Source: an uncultured bacterium (GTDB lineage Bacteria; Krumholzibacteriota; Krumholzibacteriia; LZORAL124-64-63). From it: a stretch of DNA of 64,000 bases. Of this stretch, positions 41,097 to 53,345 are shown in pieces. The notes under the pieces are model-generated. The model was not told the DNA's origin. It did not search any database and saw only the letters and a list, made by a program, of their open reading frames with translations. The stretch covers positions 25,522 to 89,521 of the forward strand of contig CAIOLW010000219.1 in NCBI GenBank assembly GCA_903859215.1. Reading direction: 5' to 3'. Made by a program: the position numbers and the translations under genes. The stretch's first letter is position 1, and each line of letters starts with the position of its first letter.

Positions 41097-41465
41097 TCAG
41101 GCCAGCAGGTTCAGCACCGTGGCGGCGACGAGGTTGCCCTGGGCACTCACCGCCTGCTGCGGGCGGGCCTGCATCGCGCGCCGGAGGCTCTCGGCCGCCA
41201 GGGCCGCGGCATCAGGTCCCGATGGCGCCGAACGCGGCGCCGCGACCGTCCCGCCCCCGGAGGTGTCCACGGGAGCCGCGTAGGTCGGGGGCTCGGGCCC
41301 CGCGGCATCGGCCCGCGGGATCCACTGGTCGGCATCCGGTTCGTCCACCTGGGGGCGGGGCGTCCCGCCGGCAGATTCGATGCGCTCGCTACGGGTGCGG
41401 ACTTCGTCCTGGCGTTGCAAGGCCGCCGGTTGGGGAGGCGACAGGCCCGGAATGCTGAGGCTCAT
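41097..41465 (-). CDS. Hypothetical Pro/Ala-rich small protein
   Basis: Internal ATG 41465 (MSLSIPGLSPP…) preceded by GAGGGAA. No recognisable domain. Confidence 0.35.
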   Translation of the reverse strand: MSLSIPGLSPPQPAALQRQDEVRTRSERIESAGGTPRPQVDEPDADQWIPRADAAGPEPPTYAAPVDTSGGGTVAAPRSAPSGPDAAALAAESLRRAMQARPQQAVSAQGNLVAATVLNLLA

Positions 41466-41576
41466 GATGCGTTCCCTCGGGGCTGCGGGCGGGCGCGGCA
41501 GCGACATCGGTCGTGGGCGCACTCCCCCTGATGTCCCCTAGTTCGGCATGTCCGAACGCGAACTTGAGCCCGAAGG

Positions 41577-41601
41577 CAAAAAAAAGCCGCCGGTCGGCGG
41601 A
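41577..41601 (-). terminator. Rho-independent terminator after tRNA-Lys (CCGCC-gacc-GGCGG + U8)
   Basis: Minus-strand reading: cttttCCGCCgaccGGCGGcttttttttg. Confidence 0.4.
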
Positions 41602-41605
41602 AAAG

Positions 41606-41681
41606 TGGTGGGCCGCCCGGGACTCGAACCCGGTACAACCTCCTTAAAAGGGAGGTGCTCTACCTGATGAGCTAGCGGCCC
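41606..41681 (-). tRNA. tRNA-Lys (anticodon UUU), CCA encoded
   Basis: Manual fold. Acceptor GGGCCGC/GCGGCCC, D arm GCTCATCAGGTAGAGC, anticodon stem CCTCC/GGAGG with loop CTTTTAA, T arm CCGGGTTCGAGTCCCGG, discriminator A + CCA. Confidence 0.85.
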
Positions 41682-41715
41682 ACGATGGGTCCTGGCCGCC
41701 CGCGGGCGGCCGGTG

Positions 41716-41744
41716 AATATAGACGGCCCGCCCGCAGGTGTCAA
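41716..41744 (-). promoter_or_regulatory. Sigma-70 promoter for tRNA-Lys: -35 TTGACA, 17-nt spacer, -10 TATATT
   Basis: Consensus hexamers read on minus strand about 35 nt upstream of mature tRNA 5' end. Confidence 0.4.
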
Positions 41745-41758
41745 AAAACGCCTGCCAA

Positions 41759-43054
41759 TCAGCCAGTTACGCCGTCGGGCGTCCAGATCATCTGGCTGCG
41801 GTCACGTCCCACGCTGACCCCGACGATCGGCGTGGCAAGGGTCTCTTCCAGGAAGGCCAGGTACCGGCGGGCGGCCACCGGCAGGTCGGCCAGCGCCCGG
41901 CAACCGCCCAGGGACTGGCCCCAGCCCGGGAACTCGCGGTAGACGGGCCGGCAGCGCGGGAGCACCTCGCCGACCGTGGGGTAGACATCCAGTTGCTCGC
42001 CGTCCAGTTCGTAGGCGACCGCCACCGGCACCGTCTCCTGGGTGTCGAGCACATCGAGCTTCGTGATCATGACCCCGGTCATGCCGTTGATGTCGGCCGA
42101 ATAGCGAGCCGCCAACGCGTCGAACCAGCCGCAGCGGCGGGCGCGGCCAGTGGTGGCGCCGAACTCGCCGCCCGCCTCGCGCAGGCGGTCGCCGGGCTCG
42201 CCGAGGAGCTCACTCGGGAACGGGCCGTTGCCGACCCGCGTGCAGTACGCCTTGAACACGCCCTGGATCTCGCCCAGCATCGCCGGCGGCAGGCCCGTGC
42301 CCGTCAGGGCGCCCCCGACCGTCGTGTTGCTGCTGGTCACGTAGGGATAGGTGCCGTGGTCGATGTCCAGCATCGTGCCCTGGGCCCCTTCGAACAGGGC
42401 CGATTCCCGCCCGGCACGCACGCCGGCCAGCAGGCGGTGCGCGTCGACGACCAGCGGCGAGAGCGATTGCGCCAGCACGACCAGTTCCTCGGCCAGGACG
42501 CGCGCCGACAGCGGCTCGGCGCCGTAGAGCGTCCCGAGGGCTTCGTTGGCCGAAAGAACCTTCTCGATGACCTTGCGCTCGAGGCGGTCGGTCGCCAGGA
42601 GCAGGTCGCCCATGCGCAGGCCCGTCCGCTGCACCTTGTCCAGGTAGGCCGGCCCGATCCCGCGGCCCGTGGTGCCGATGCTGTGGCGGCTGAGCCGGGC
42701 CTCGCGCAGTTCGTCGAGGCGCGTGTGATAGGGCATCAGCAACGAGGCGCCGGCGGCCACGTGAAGGCGCTCGCGCACCTGGAAGCCGCGCTCCTCGAGC
42801 CCGATGATCTCATCGCGCAGCGCCCACGGGTCGACGACCATGCCGCCGCCGAGCAGGCAACGCACGCCCGGGTGCAGGATGCCCGACGGGATCAGGTGCA
42901 GGACGTGCTTCTCCGGCCCGATGTGGATCGTGTGACCCGCGTTCGCGCCGCCCTGGTAGCGCAGGACCCAGTCCACGTCGCGACTGAGGGCATCGACGAT
43001 CTTGCCCTTGCCTTCGTCGCCCCACTGCCCGCCGATGATCACGCGATTGCGCAC
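41759..43054 (-). CDS. purA: Adenylosuccinate synthetase
   Basis: RNRVIIGGQWGDEGKGKIVD P-loop, GTTGRGIGPAY, TKLDVLD motifs. GTG start 43054 with GGGAG RBS. Confidence 0.9.
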   Translation of the reverse strand: MRNRVIIGGQWGDEGKGKIVDALSRDVDWVLRYQGGANAGHTIHIGPEKHVLHLIPSGILHPGVRCLLGGGMVVDPWALRDEIIGLEERGFQVRERLHVAAGASLLMPYHTRLDELREARLSRHSIGTTGRGIGPAYLDKVQRTGLRMGDLLLATDRLERKVIEKVLSANEALGTLYGAEPLSARVLAEELVVLAQSLSPLVVDAHRLLAGVRAGRESALFEGAQGTMLDIDHGTYPYVTSSNTTVGGALTGTGLPPAMLGEIQGVFKAYCTRVGNGPFPSELLGEPGDRLREAGGEFGATTGRARRCGWFDALAARYSADINGMTGVMITKLDVLDTQETVPVAVAYELDGEQLDVYPTVGEVLPRCRPVYREFPGWGQSLGGCRALADLPVAARRYLAFLEETLATPIVGVSVGRDRSQMIWTPDGVTG

Positions 43055-43176
43055 GGCCGACTCCCGGTTGCGGGGCCCAGTGGCCCCAGGAAATTGTCCC
43101 CAAAAAACGGCCCAAAAAAACACCCGACGATCACAACGGATGTCGAGTGGTCACCGGCCGCATCATCGCCGATGGG

Positions 43177-43605
43177 TCAGCGGCCGTCAAACATCGCCTT
43201 GAGCGCGCCCCAGGTCTTTTCGTCGACCAGGGGCCCGGACCCGCAATTGTCGGCAACTCCCGGGTTGCCCGCCTGCGAGGTCACGTTGCCGTCCGGGGAA
43301 CCGTCGCCGTCACTGTCCCCCACCTCGACCCCGTTGAGGCAGCCGTCGCCATCCGAGTCGATCGCCGCCAGGTTGGAGTCCCAGATGCGGCCGTTGGCCC
43401 GAAAGTCGAGGCCGAACACGTTGAGCGCCTTGTTGGTGGCAGTCGGTGCGGCCGCGACATGGCAGGCCAGGCAGAGGTTGGGCGTCACGACCGGCAACTT
43501 GGCCATGTCCAGGTTGGTGGCCCGTGAGGCGCCGGCAGACGCGGCCAGCGCGGCGACCGCGAGGGCGGCCGTCGCCAGTCGGCTGGCGTTTCGTCTCGGA
43601 TGCAT
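43177..43605 (-). CDS. Small secreted protein with CxxCH heme-binding motif and Asp-rich Ca-binding-like repeats
   Basis: Signal peptide (MHPRRNASRLATAALAVAALAASAGA), NLCLACHV CxxCH motif, DSDGDGCLNGVEVGDSDGDGSPDG (DxDxDG thrombospondin-type-3/EF-like repeats). About 142 aa. Confidence 0.45.
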   Translation of the reverse strand: MHPRRNASRLATAALAVAALAASAGASRATNLDMAKLPVVTPNLCLACHVAAAPTATNKALNVFGLDFRANGRIWDSNLAAIDSDGDGCLNGVEVGDSDGDGSPDGNVTSQAGNPGVADNCGSGPLVDEKTWGALKAMFDGR

Positions 43606-43671
43606 GCCGCTCACCGTCCGCGCCGGGGTCCCGCCCGGAAAGCGGGCCGCCAGGGGCGCCCCGCAGCAACC

Positions 43672-43701
43672 ATTATACCGCCGGGGAGTCGCCATCGTCA
43701 A
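43672..43701 (-). promoter_or_regulatory. Near-consensus sigma-70 promoter (-35 TTGACG, 18 nt, -10 TATAAT) embedded in 3' end/stop codon of engB, directed at the CxxCH gene
   Basis: Minus-strand sequence …caaTTGACGatggcgactccccggcggTATAATgg…; the TAA stop of engB lies inside the -10. Confidence 0.4.
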
Positions 43702-44338
43702 TTGGGGCGCCGCCATCGCCCATTGCAGCTCCGTCGTCAATGGCAGCCCCGTCGTCGGCATTGGCCACCAGCAGGGCCTCGATCCACGCCAGCATCTCGT
43801 CGCGACCCCGGTTCTTGGCCGCCGATGTCGGGATGAACGGGGTCTGGGGGTCTGCCCCGACCACCTCGATCAGTTCCCGGTAGCGGGCCGACAGCTTGGT
43901 ACTCCCGATCTTGTCGATCTTCGTGGCGGCCATGGCGCAGGGATGCCCGGCCGCCCGGATGAGGCCGGCGAATTCGCGGTCGTCCGCCGTCGGCTTGTGC
44001 CGCACGTCCAGCAGGTGGAAGATCGCCATGGGCCGGTCGTCGGCCGCGAGATACGCCTCGAAGAGGCGCCGCCAGCCGGCGCGCTGAACCTTGCTGACCT
44101 TGGCGAATCCGTAGCCCGGCAGGTCGACAAGGTAGTAGCGATCGTCGACCAGGAAGTAGTTGAGCAGGCGGGTCTTGCCCGGCTTGCCGCTGGTGCGCGC
44201 AAAGTCGTGGCGCCCCAGGAAATGATTGATGAGCGAACTCTTGCCGCAGTTGGAACGGCCGATGAACGCGAACTCCGGCAGCACCCTCTCGGGGCGCCCC
44301 CGCAGGTCGGGCGTACTGGTGATGAACGTGACTTCCAC
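43673..44338 (-). CDS. engB: Ribosome-biogenesis GTPase YihA/EngB with Asp/Gly/Ala-rich repeat C-terminal tail
   Basis: GRSNCGKSSLIN G1, DLPGYGF G3, TKIDK G4. Tail ANADDGAAIDDGAAMGDGGAPIDDGDSPAV. Confidence 0.85.
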   Translation of the reverse strand: MEVTFITSTPDLRGRPERVLPEFAFIGRSNCGKSSLINHFLGRHDFARTSGKPGKTRLLNYFLVDDRYYLVDLPGYGFAKVSKVQRAGWRRLFEAYLAADDRPMAIFHLLDVRHKPTADDREFAGLIRAAGHPCAMAATKIDKIGSTKLSARYRELIEVVGADPQTPFIPTSAAKNRGRDEMLAWIEALLVANADDGAAIDDGAAMGDGGAPIDDGDSPAV

Positions 44339-44352
44339 CGGATCCGCCGTTC

Positions 44353-46776
44353 CTAGTTGGGCCGCGCCGGCGCCTTGCCTTTGCGGGTGCCGCGCGCGCG
44401 CGTCCCTCGCCCGGCGCCTGCGCGTTTGCCGTCGTCCACCAGGGCCAGCGGCAGCACTTCGTCCATCGTTTCCACCAGGTGGACCGTCAGCTCACGCTTG
44501 ATTTCCGGCGCCAGTTCCTGGAAGTCCTTCTCGTTGTCCTTCGGGATGATCAGGTGCCGGCAACCGGCGCGGATCGCGGCCACGGCCTTCTCGGGCAGGC
44601 CGCCGATCGGCAGCACACGGCCGCGCAACGTCACCTCGCCGGTCATGGCCACATCCGAACGCACCGGCACGCCGCGCAGCAGGGAGACGATGGCCGTGGC
44701 CATCGCGATGCCGGCGCTCGGGCCGTCCTTGGGCACGGCGCCTTCGGGCACGTGGATGTGGATCTGGTTCTTCTTGAACCACTCGCCGGACATCTCACGG
44801 CAGAGCCCGCGCGCGTAACTGAGCGCGGTCTCGGCCGATTCCTTCATGACTTCCTTGAGGTTGCCCGTGATGTTGATCTTGCCGGCCCCGGGCATCGACG
44901 TGACCTCGACCTCCAGGATCTCGCCGCCCACCATCGTCCAGGCCAGACCGACCACCACGCCGATCTCCGGCTGCCGGTCCACCGTGCGCCGGCGGTACTT
45001 GGGGATGCCCAGATACTTCTCGAGGTTGGCGCCCGTGACCGCGGCGGGCCACTTGCCGTGCTCCGCATGGTACCGGGCCACCTTGCGGCAGATGCCCGCG
45101 ATCTCGCGCTCGAGCCCGCGCACGCCCGCTTCCCGCGTGTAGCCGTCGATGACCGCCTGGAAGGCCGATGACTTGAACCCGCCGGGCCAGCGCGCCACGC
45201 CGTTGCGCTTCATCTGGCGCGGGGCCAGGAAGCGCTCGGCGATGACGAGCTTCTCGTGCTCGAGGTAGCCCGGCAGCCGGATGATCTCCATGCGATCTTC
45301 CAGCGCGGGCGGGATCGAGTGCAGGCTGTTGGCCGTGGTGATGAACATCACCTGGCTGAGGTCGAACTCGACCTCGAGGTAGTGGTCGCTGAACGTCGAG
45401 TTCTGCTCGGGGTCGAGCACCTCGAGCAACGCGGCGGCCGGGTCGCCGCGGAAGTCGGCGCCCATTTTATCAATCTCGTCGAGCAGGAAGACCGGGTTGC
45501 GGGTCCCCGCCTTGCGCAGCGATTCGATGATGCGGCCGGGCTTGCTGCCGATGTACGTGCGCCGGTGGCCGCGGATCTCCGATTCGTCGCGCACGCCGCC
45601 GAGGCTGATGCGCACGAACTTCTTGCCCATGCTCTCGGCGATGCTGCGCCCGAGGCTGGTCTTGCCGACGCCCGGGGGGCCCACCAGGCAGAGGATGGTG
45701 CCCTGCGGCCGGCGCGTCAGCTTGTAGACGGCCAGGAACTCGACGATGCGTTCCTTGACCTTCACCAGCCCGAAGTGGTCGTCGTCCAGCCGCGCCTGCA
45801 CATGCACGGGGTCGACGCGGTCGCGCGACTTCTTCTTCCACGGGAGCGCCAGCAGCGTGTCGAGGTAGTTGCGCACCACCGTGGCCTCGGGGCTCATCAC
45901 CGACATGCGCTCCAGGCGCGTCACCTCGCGGCGCGCCACTTCCAGCGCCTCGGGGCTCATGTCGCTCGCCTCGATGCGCGTGGTGTAGTCCTCGATCTCC
46001 GAGTCCTCGTCGGCCGTGTAGCCGAGCTCCTTGCGGATGGCGCGCATCTGCTCGTTCAGGTAGAACTCGCGCTGGTTGCGCTGCACCGCGGTCTGCACCT
46101 CGCCGTCGATGCGCTGCTCGATCTCGAGGATGTCGAGCTCGCCGGCCAGGATCTGGTTGATGCGCGTCAGGCGAAGCTCAAGCGACGGTTCCTCGAGCAG
46201 TTCCTGCTTCAGCGGCACCTTGCCCAGGATGTAGGCGCTGATGGAATCGGCCATGCGGCCGATCTCCTCGAGGTTCAGCACCGACAGCAGCACCTCGTCC
46301 GGCAGCCGCTTGTTCAGGCGCACGTATTCCTTGAAGCGGTCCTTGATCGAGCGGCTGAGCGCCTCGATCTGCGGGCCTTCCGCCAGTTCCTCGGCCAGCG
46401 GCGTGGCCTCGGCCTCGAGGTAGCCGTCGACCTGCACGACGCCGTCCAGCCGGACGCGCGTGACGCCCTCGACCAGGATCTTCAGCGTCTCGTCCGGCGT
46501 GCGGATGATCTGCAGCACGCGGATGACGGTGCCGACCGCAAAGAGGTCCTCGCCGCCGGGCTCCTCGGTGTCCGGCTCGCGCTGGGCCGCGACGCACAGG
46601 CGCTTGTCGCGCTCCATCGCGGCCTCGACGGCCGCCACAGAGGCGGCGCGGCCGACCAGCAGCGGCGTGACCATGTACGGGAATACGACGACGTCGCGCA
46701 GCGGCAGCAGCGGCATGCGCGCGGGCAGGCCAGCGCCCTCGGTGGCGGGGGCGCGATCGGGTGCGGAGGGGCTCAT
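44353..46776 (-). CDS. lon: ATP-dependent Lon protease
   Basis: N-terminal [13 protein letters not shown] domain, GPPGVGKTS Walker A, catalytic PKDGPSAG serine motif. ATG 46776 with AGGAGA RBS. Confidence 0.9.
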   Translation of the reverse strand: MSPSAPDRAPATEGAGLPARMPLLPLRDVVVFPYMVTPLLVGRAASVAAVEAAMERDKRLCVAAQREPDTEEPGGEDLFAVGTVIRVLQIIRTPDETLKILVEGVTRVRLDGVVQVDGYLEAEATPLAEELAEGPQIEALSRSIKDRFKEYVRLNKRLPDEVLLSVLNLEEIGRMADSISAYILGKVPLKQELLEEPSLELRLTRINQILAGELDILEIEQRIDGEVQTAVQRNQREFYLNEQMRAIRKELGYTADEDSEIEDYTTRIEASDMSPEALEVARREVTRLERMSVMSPEATVVRNYLDTLLALPWKKKSRDRVDPVHVQARLDDDHFGLVKVKERIVEFLAVYKLTRRPQGTILCLVGPPGVGKTSLGRSIAESMGKKFVRISLGGVRDESEIRGHRRTYIGSKPGRIIESLRKAGTRNPVFLLDEIDKMGADFRGDPAAALLEVLDPEQNSTFSDHYLEVEFDLSQVMFITTANSLHSIPPALEDRMEIIRLPGYLEHEKLVIAERFLAPRQMKRNGVARWPGGFKSSAFQAVIDGYTREAGVRGLEREIAGICRKVARYHAEHGKWPAAVTGANLEKYLGIPKYRRRTVDRQPEIGVVVGLAWTMVGGEILEVEVTSMPGAGKINITGNLKEVMKESAETALSYARGLCREMSGEWFKKNQIHIHVPEGAVPKDGPSAGIAMATAIVSLLRGVPVRSDVAMTGEVTLRGRVLPIGGLPEKAVAAIRAGCRHLIIPKDNEKDFQELAPEIKRELTVHLVETMDEVLPLALVDDGKRAGAGRGTRARGTRKGKAPARPN

Positions 46777-46879
46777 CGTTCTCCTTGGTGCTCGGAAGCC
46801 GCGCGCGACGGATGGCGAACGGCGCCGGGACCGGGTGGCCCCGGCGCTGGCGGCCCTTCGGGCCGGCGCGCGACGGTGA

Positions 46880-48142
<1,263 letters not shown>

Positions 48143-48182
48143 CCCTGCTCCCCGACTGCGTCCCGAGGGCCCATGAGGCCCC

Positions 48183-48794
48183 CTACTTCTTCTTCGCCTT
48201 GTCGGGCTCGATCTCGCTGCGACTCTCGATGACCTTGTCGACGATCCCGTAGGCTGCCGCTTCATCGGCGGACATGAAGAAGTCGCGGTCGCTGTCGGCG
48301 GCGATCTTTTCCAGCGGCTGGCCGGTGTGCTTGGCCAGGATGGCGTAGAGCTTGTCGCGGATGCTCAGGATCTCACGCGTGTAGATCTCGATCATGCTCG
48401 CCTGACCCTGGCTGCCGCCCAGCGGCTGGTGGATCATCACCCGCGAGTTCTTCAGCGCCGACCGCTTGCCCGCGGCTCCGGCGGCGAGGAGGACCGCGCC
48501 CATGCTGGCGGCCTGCCCCATGCAGATGGTGACCACATCGTTCGTAATGTATTGCATCGTATCGTAGATGGCAAGACCGGCGGTCACGGATCCGCCAGGA
48601 CTATTGATGTATAGGTAGATGTCGCGCTCGGGATCCTCGGCCTGCAGGAAGAGCATCTGCGCGATCACCAGGTTGGCGATGTTGTCGTCGACCGGGAAGC
48701 CCAGGAAGACGATACGATCCTTGAGCAGGCGCGAGTAGATGTCGTACGCGCGTTCGCCGTGACTGGTCTGATCGACTACGACGGGAACCAGCAT
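48183..48794 (-). CDS. clpP: ATP-dependent Clp protease proteolytic subunit ClpP
   Basis: GQAASMGA catalytic Ser, HQPLGG His, characteristic ClpP length. Confidence 0.9.
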   Translation of the reverse strand: MLVPVVVDQTSHGERAYDIYSRLLKDRIVFLGFPVDDNIANLVIAQMLFLQAEDPERDIYLYINSPGGSVTAGLAIYDTMQYITNDVVTICMGQAASMGAVLLAAGAAGKRSALKNSRVMIHQPLGGSQGQASMIEIYTREILSIRDKLYAILAKHTGQPLEKIAADSDRDFFMSADEAAAYGIVDKVIESRSEIEPDKAKKK

Positions 48795-48803
48795 CGTTTC
48801 TCC

Positions 48804-50153
48804 TTAATGGCTCGGGGCGTGGTCGCCCAGGACATCCGTGTCCGCGGGCACGTCCTCGACAGTCGCACGTGACAGCAGGAAATCGTAGGTGCGGCGCTCG
48901 AGAAGGTCATATTCGATCCGTTCCCGTTCGTCGCCACTGTCGACGAATTCCCGGTACCGGTCAACCTCGAAACCGTTCTCGGCCGCGATCTCGGCGATCC
49001 GTTCATCGACCAGTTCCTTGTCGGCCTTGATGTCTTCCCGACGGCGCACCGCCTCGAGCAGCAGCATGCCCTGCAGCGCCCTCTCGGCGTGCGGGCGGCC
49101 CTCCTCGCGGTACTCGGCATCCTCTTCCGGGGAGTTCGGGCGCCCGAGGCGCGTGTTGCGCTGGTGCAGTTCGGCCAGGCTCGATTCGAGATACTTGTCG
49201 ACCATCGACGCCGGCAGGGGAACGTCGTGCCGCTTGAGGAGTTCCGACTGCAGCTGCATATCGATCTCCTGGGCGATCCGCCGCGCCGCCTCCTTCTCCA
49301 GGTCCTTCCGGATGTCCGCACGCAGGCCGGCGACATCCTGGACGGGACCGCAGGTGGCCGCGAACGCGTCGTCCAGGTCGGGCAGCTTCTTCTGGCCCAC
49401 GGCCTTGACCAGGCAGCGGAACTTCACCGCGCGCCCCTGCAGGGCCGGGTTCGGGTGGTCGCCCGGGTAGGTCACCTCGACGATGCGCTCGGCGCCGGCG
49501 GCGCTGCCGCCGAGGCGCTCGTTGAACTCGGCCAGGTTGTGCGCGGCGCCGAGCACGAACTTCTGGTCGGCGATGATGCGCTCGTCGTCGAAGGTGCCGT
49601 CGTCGCCGCCGGGCACCAGGTCGAGGGTGACCTGGTCGCCGTCCTGCGCCTCGCGCTCGACCGTCTCCCAGGAAGCGCGCGCCTCGCGCAGGCGCTCGAT
49701 GACGGTGTCGACGTCGCCTTCCGGCACCTCGACCTTCCGGCGCCGGACCGGCAGGTTGTCGAGGTCGTTCAGGGTGACTTCGGGCCGCACCTCGACCACG
49801 AGGTCGAACGCCAGCGGGCCGTCGTCGGGGAATTCCAGGTTTTCAAGGGCCGGGTCGTTGACCGGCGAGAGCTTGTGCTCGATGACGGCGCTGATCCAGG
49901 CCTTCGGGATCAGGGCCTCGACCGTCTCGGCGCGCAACACATCGCCCAACTCGCGTTCGAGCACCGCCTTCGGGGTGTGTCCCTTGCGGAATCCCGGCTT
50001 GTGGTGCGTACGCGCCGCCTTCTTCAGCCGCTCGGCGAACTCCTGGTCGTACATCGCCCGGGCCACCTTGGCGCGAATGACGCGACGGCAGGGCTCGGGG
50101 GCTTCGACGGTCGTGCTGATGGGCCGGTCGGCGCCGGTCAGGTTCTCGGACAT
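48804..50153 (-). CDS. tig: Trigger factor
   Basis: N-terminal ribosome-binding FRKGH signature, PPIase-like middle domain, position upstream of clpP-clpX-lon. Confidence 0.85.
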   Translation of the reverse strand: MSENLTGADRPISTTVEAPEPCRRVIRAKVARAMYDQEFAERLKKAARTHHKPGFRKGHTPKAVLERELGDVLRAETVEALIPKAWISAVIEHKLSPVNDPALENLEFPDDGPLAFDLVVEVRPEVTLNDLDNLPVRRRKVEVPEGDVDTVIERLREARASWETVEREAQDGDQVTLDLVPGGDDGTFDDERIIADQKFVLGAAHNLAEFNERLGGSAAGAERIVEVTYPGDHPNPALQGRAVKFRCLVKAVGQKKLPDLDDAFAATCGPVQDVAGLRADIRKDLEKEAARRIAQEIDMQLQSELLKRHDVPLPASMVDKYLESSLAELHQRNTRLGRPNSPEEDAEYREEGRPHAERALQGMLLLEAVRRREDIKADKELVDERIAEIAAENGFEVDRYREFVDSGDERERIEYDLLERRTYDFLLSRATVEDVPADTDVLGDHAPSH

Positions 50154-50288
50154 GCCTGGATCCTCGCGGTAGGAATGTGAAAACGGCCCGGCGTTTCAGG
50201 ACTTCCGGGCGCGACGACGGGTTGACGGCCATCCGGCGGCGGCGGTCAGCCGATGGTCCAGGACGACCTGGTGCGGCCCAGGACGGAC

Positions 50289-50373
<85 letters not shown>

Positions 50374-50496
50374 GTACCCTGGGGACGCACCCGACCAACG
50401 GCGCGGGCCAGCGGAATATAGCCGTGGGCCGGAAAAGGGTCAAGCGAGGCGCCGGCGGGCCCTCCGGGAGCGCCCGGAGCGCCCGGACCTGACCAC

Positions 50497-51888
<1,392 letters not shown>

Positions 51889-52019
51889 GGATCTCCCGTT
51901 TGCAGGCATCGCGCGGCCGCCGGACGCGGCCGCGGGCAGGCGGACATCTTGGGCACGAACGGCGTTCATGTCAACGGCCGGCCCGCCCGGGTCGCCCCGA
52001 TCGGGCCGTCAGGTTGCCG

Positions 52020-53345
52020 TCAGGCGGGCAGGCCCCCGGGCCAGACCTTCCCGAACACGCCGCGCCGGCGCGCCGCGGCCAGCAGGTCCTCGCGGAAACG
52101 CGGGTCGGCGATGGCGATCAGGGCCTCGGCGCGCTCGCGCAGGCTGCGGCCCAGCATCGGCGCGACACCGAACTCGGTGACCACGAAGTGCACGTCGGCC
52201 CGCGTGATCACCACCCCGGCGCCGTGCGCCAGCACGGGCACGATCCGCGAGCGGCTCCCGTCGGCCGTCGTCGACGGCAGCGCGATGATCGGCATGCCGC
52301 CCTCGGCCATGGCCGCGCCGCGCATGAAGTCGGCCTGGCCGCCGAAGCCGCTGTGGATGCGCTCGCCGATCGAGTCGGAACAGACCTGGCCGGTCAGGTC
52401 CACCTCGATGGCGCTGTTGATGGCCGTCATGTTCTGGTTGCGCGCGATGTTGGCCGGATGGTTGACGTAGTCCGTCGGGTGGAACTCGAACAGCGCGTTG
52501 TCGTGCGCGAAATCGTAGACGCGCCGCGTCCCCATGATGAAGCCGGCGACGACCTTGCCGGGGTGGTACGTCTTGCGCTCGCCGTTGACGACGCCGCTCT
52601 GCACGAGGTCCGGCAGCGCCTCGGTGATCATCTCCGTGTGCACGCCCAGGTCGCGCCGGTCGCCGAGGAAGCCGAGCGCCGCGTTGGGGATGGCGCCGAG
52701 CCCCAGTTGCAGGCAGGCGCCGTCGCCGATCAGCCCGGACACGTGGCGTCCCACCGCGCGCTCGAGGTCGGTCGGCGGCTCGGGGTGGAACTCGTCGAGG
52801 TCGCGGTCGACCTCCACGAAGGCCTCGATCTTCGACACGTGAATGAAGCTGTCGCCGAGCGTGCGCGGCATGCGCCGGTTGACTTCGACGACGATGTTCT
52901 TCGCCGCCAGGGCCGCCGGCTTGGTGACGCCGACCTCGATGCCGAACGAGCAGAAGCCGTGCTCGTCGGGCGGGCTGACCTGGATCAGCGCCCAGTCCAG
53001 CTTGATGATGCCGCGCCGGAACAGCCGCGGCATCTCGTGCAGGTGGATCGGGATGTAGTCGGCGCGACCCTCGTTGACGGCCTCGCGCGTGTTCGCCGCG
53101 ACGAAGCAGTCGCGCAGGCGGAAGCTCTCCTCCATGCCCGGCGCAAGGTACGGCGTGGCGCCCATCGTCAGGTGGTGGATGATGTCGACGCCGCGCAGCT
53201 CGTCGTGGCGCGCGGCCAGCGCCGAGATCAGGTCGTGCGGCGCGGCGCAGCCCGACCCGAAGTAGACCTTGTCGCCCGAGGCGATCGCCGCCACGGCCTC
53301 GGCCGACGTCCGCAGGCGCTCGCGATAGCGTGCCATCCAGCTCAT
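52020..53345 (-). CDS. Acetyl-CoA hydrolase/transferase-family protein (4-hydroxybutyrate/succinyl CoA-transferase-like)
   Basis: About 440 aa with GSGCAAP, LQLGLGAIPNA and EVDLTGQV motifs of the CoA-transferase family. Confidence 0.8.
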   Translation of the reverse strand: MSWMARYRERLRTSAEAVAAIASGDKVYFGSGCAAPHDLISALAARHDELRGVDIIHHLTMGATPYLAPGMEESFRLRDCFVAANTREAVNEGRADYIPIHLHEMPRLFRRGIIKLDWALIQVSPPDEHGFCSFGIEVGVTKPAALAAKNIVVEVNRRMPRTLGDSFIHVSKIEAFVEVDRDLDEFHPEPPTDLERAVGRHVSGLIGDGACLQLGLGAIPNAALGFLGDRRDLGVHTEMITEALPDLVQSGVVNGERKTYHPGKVVAGFIMGTRRVYDFAHDNALFEFHPTDYVNHPANIARNQNMTAINSAIEVDLTGQVCSDSIGERIHSGFGGQADFMRGAAMAEGGMPIIALPSTTADGSRSRIVPVLAHGAGVVITRADVHFVVTEFGVAPMLGRSLRERAEALIAIADPRFREDLLAAARRRGVFGKVWPGGLPA

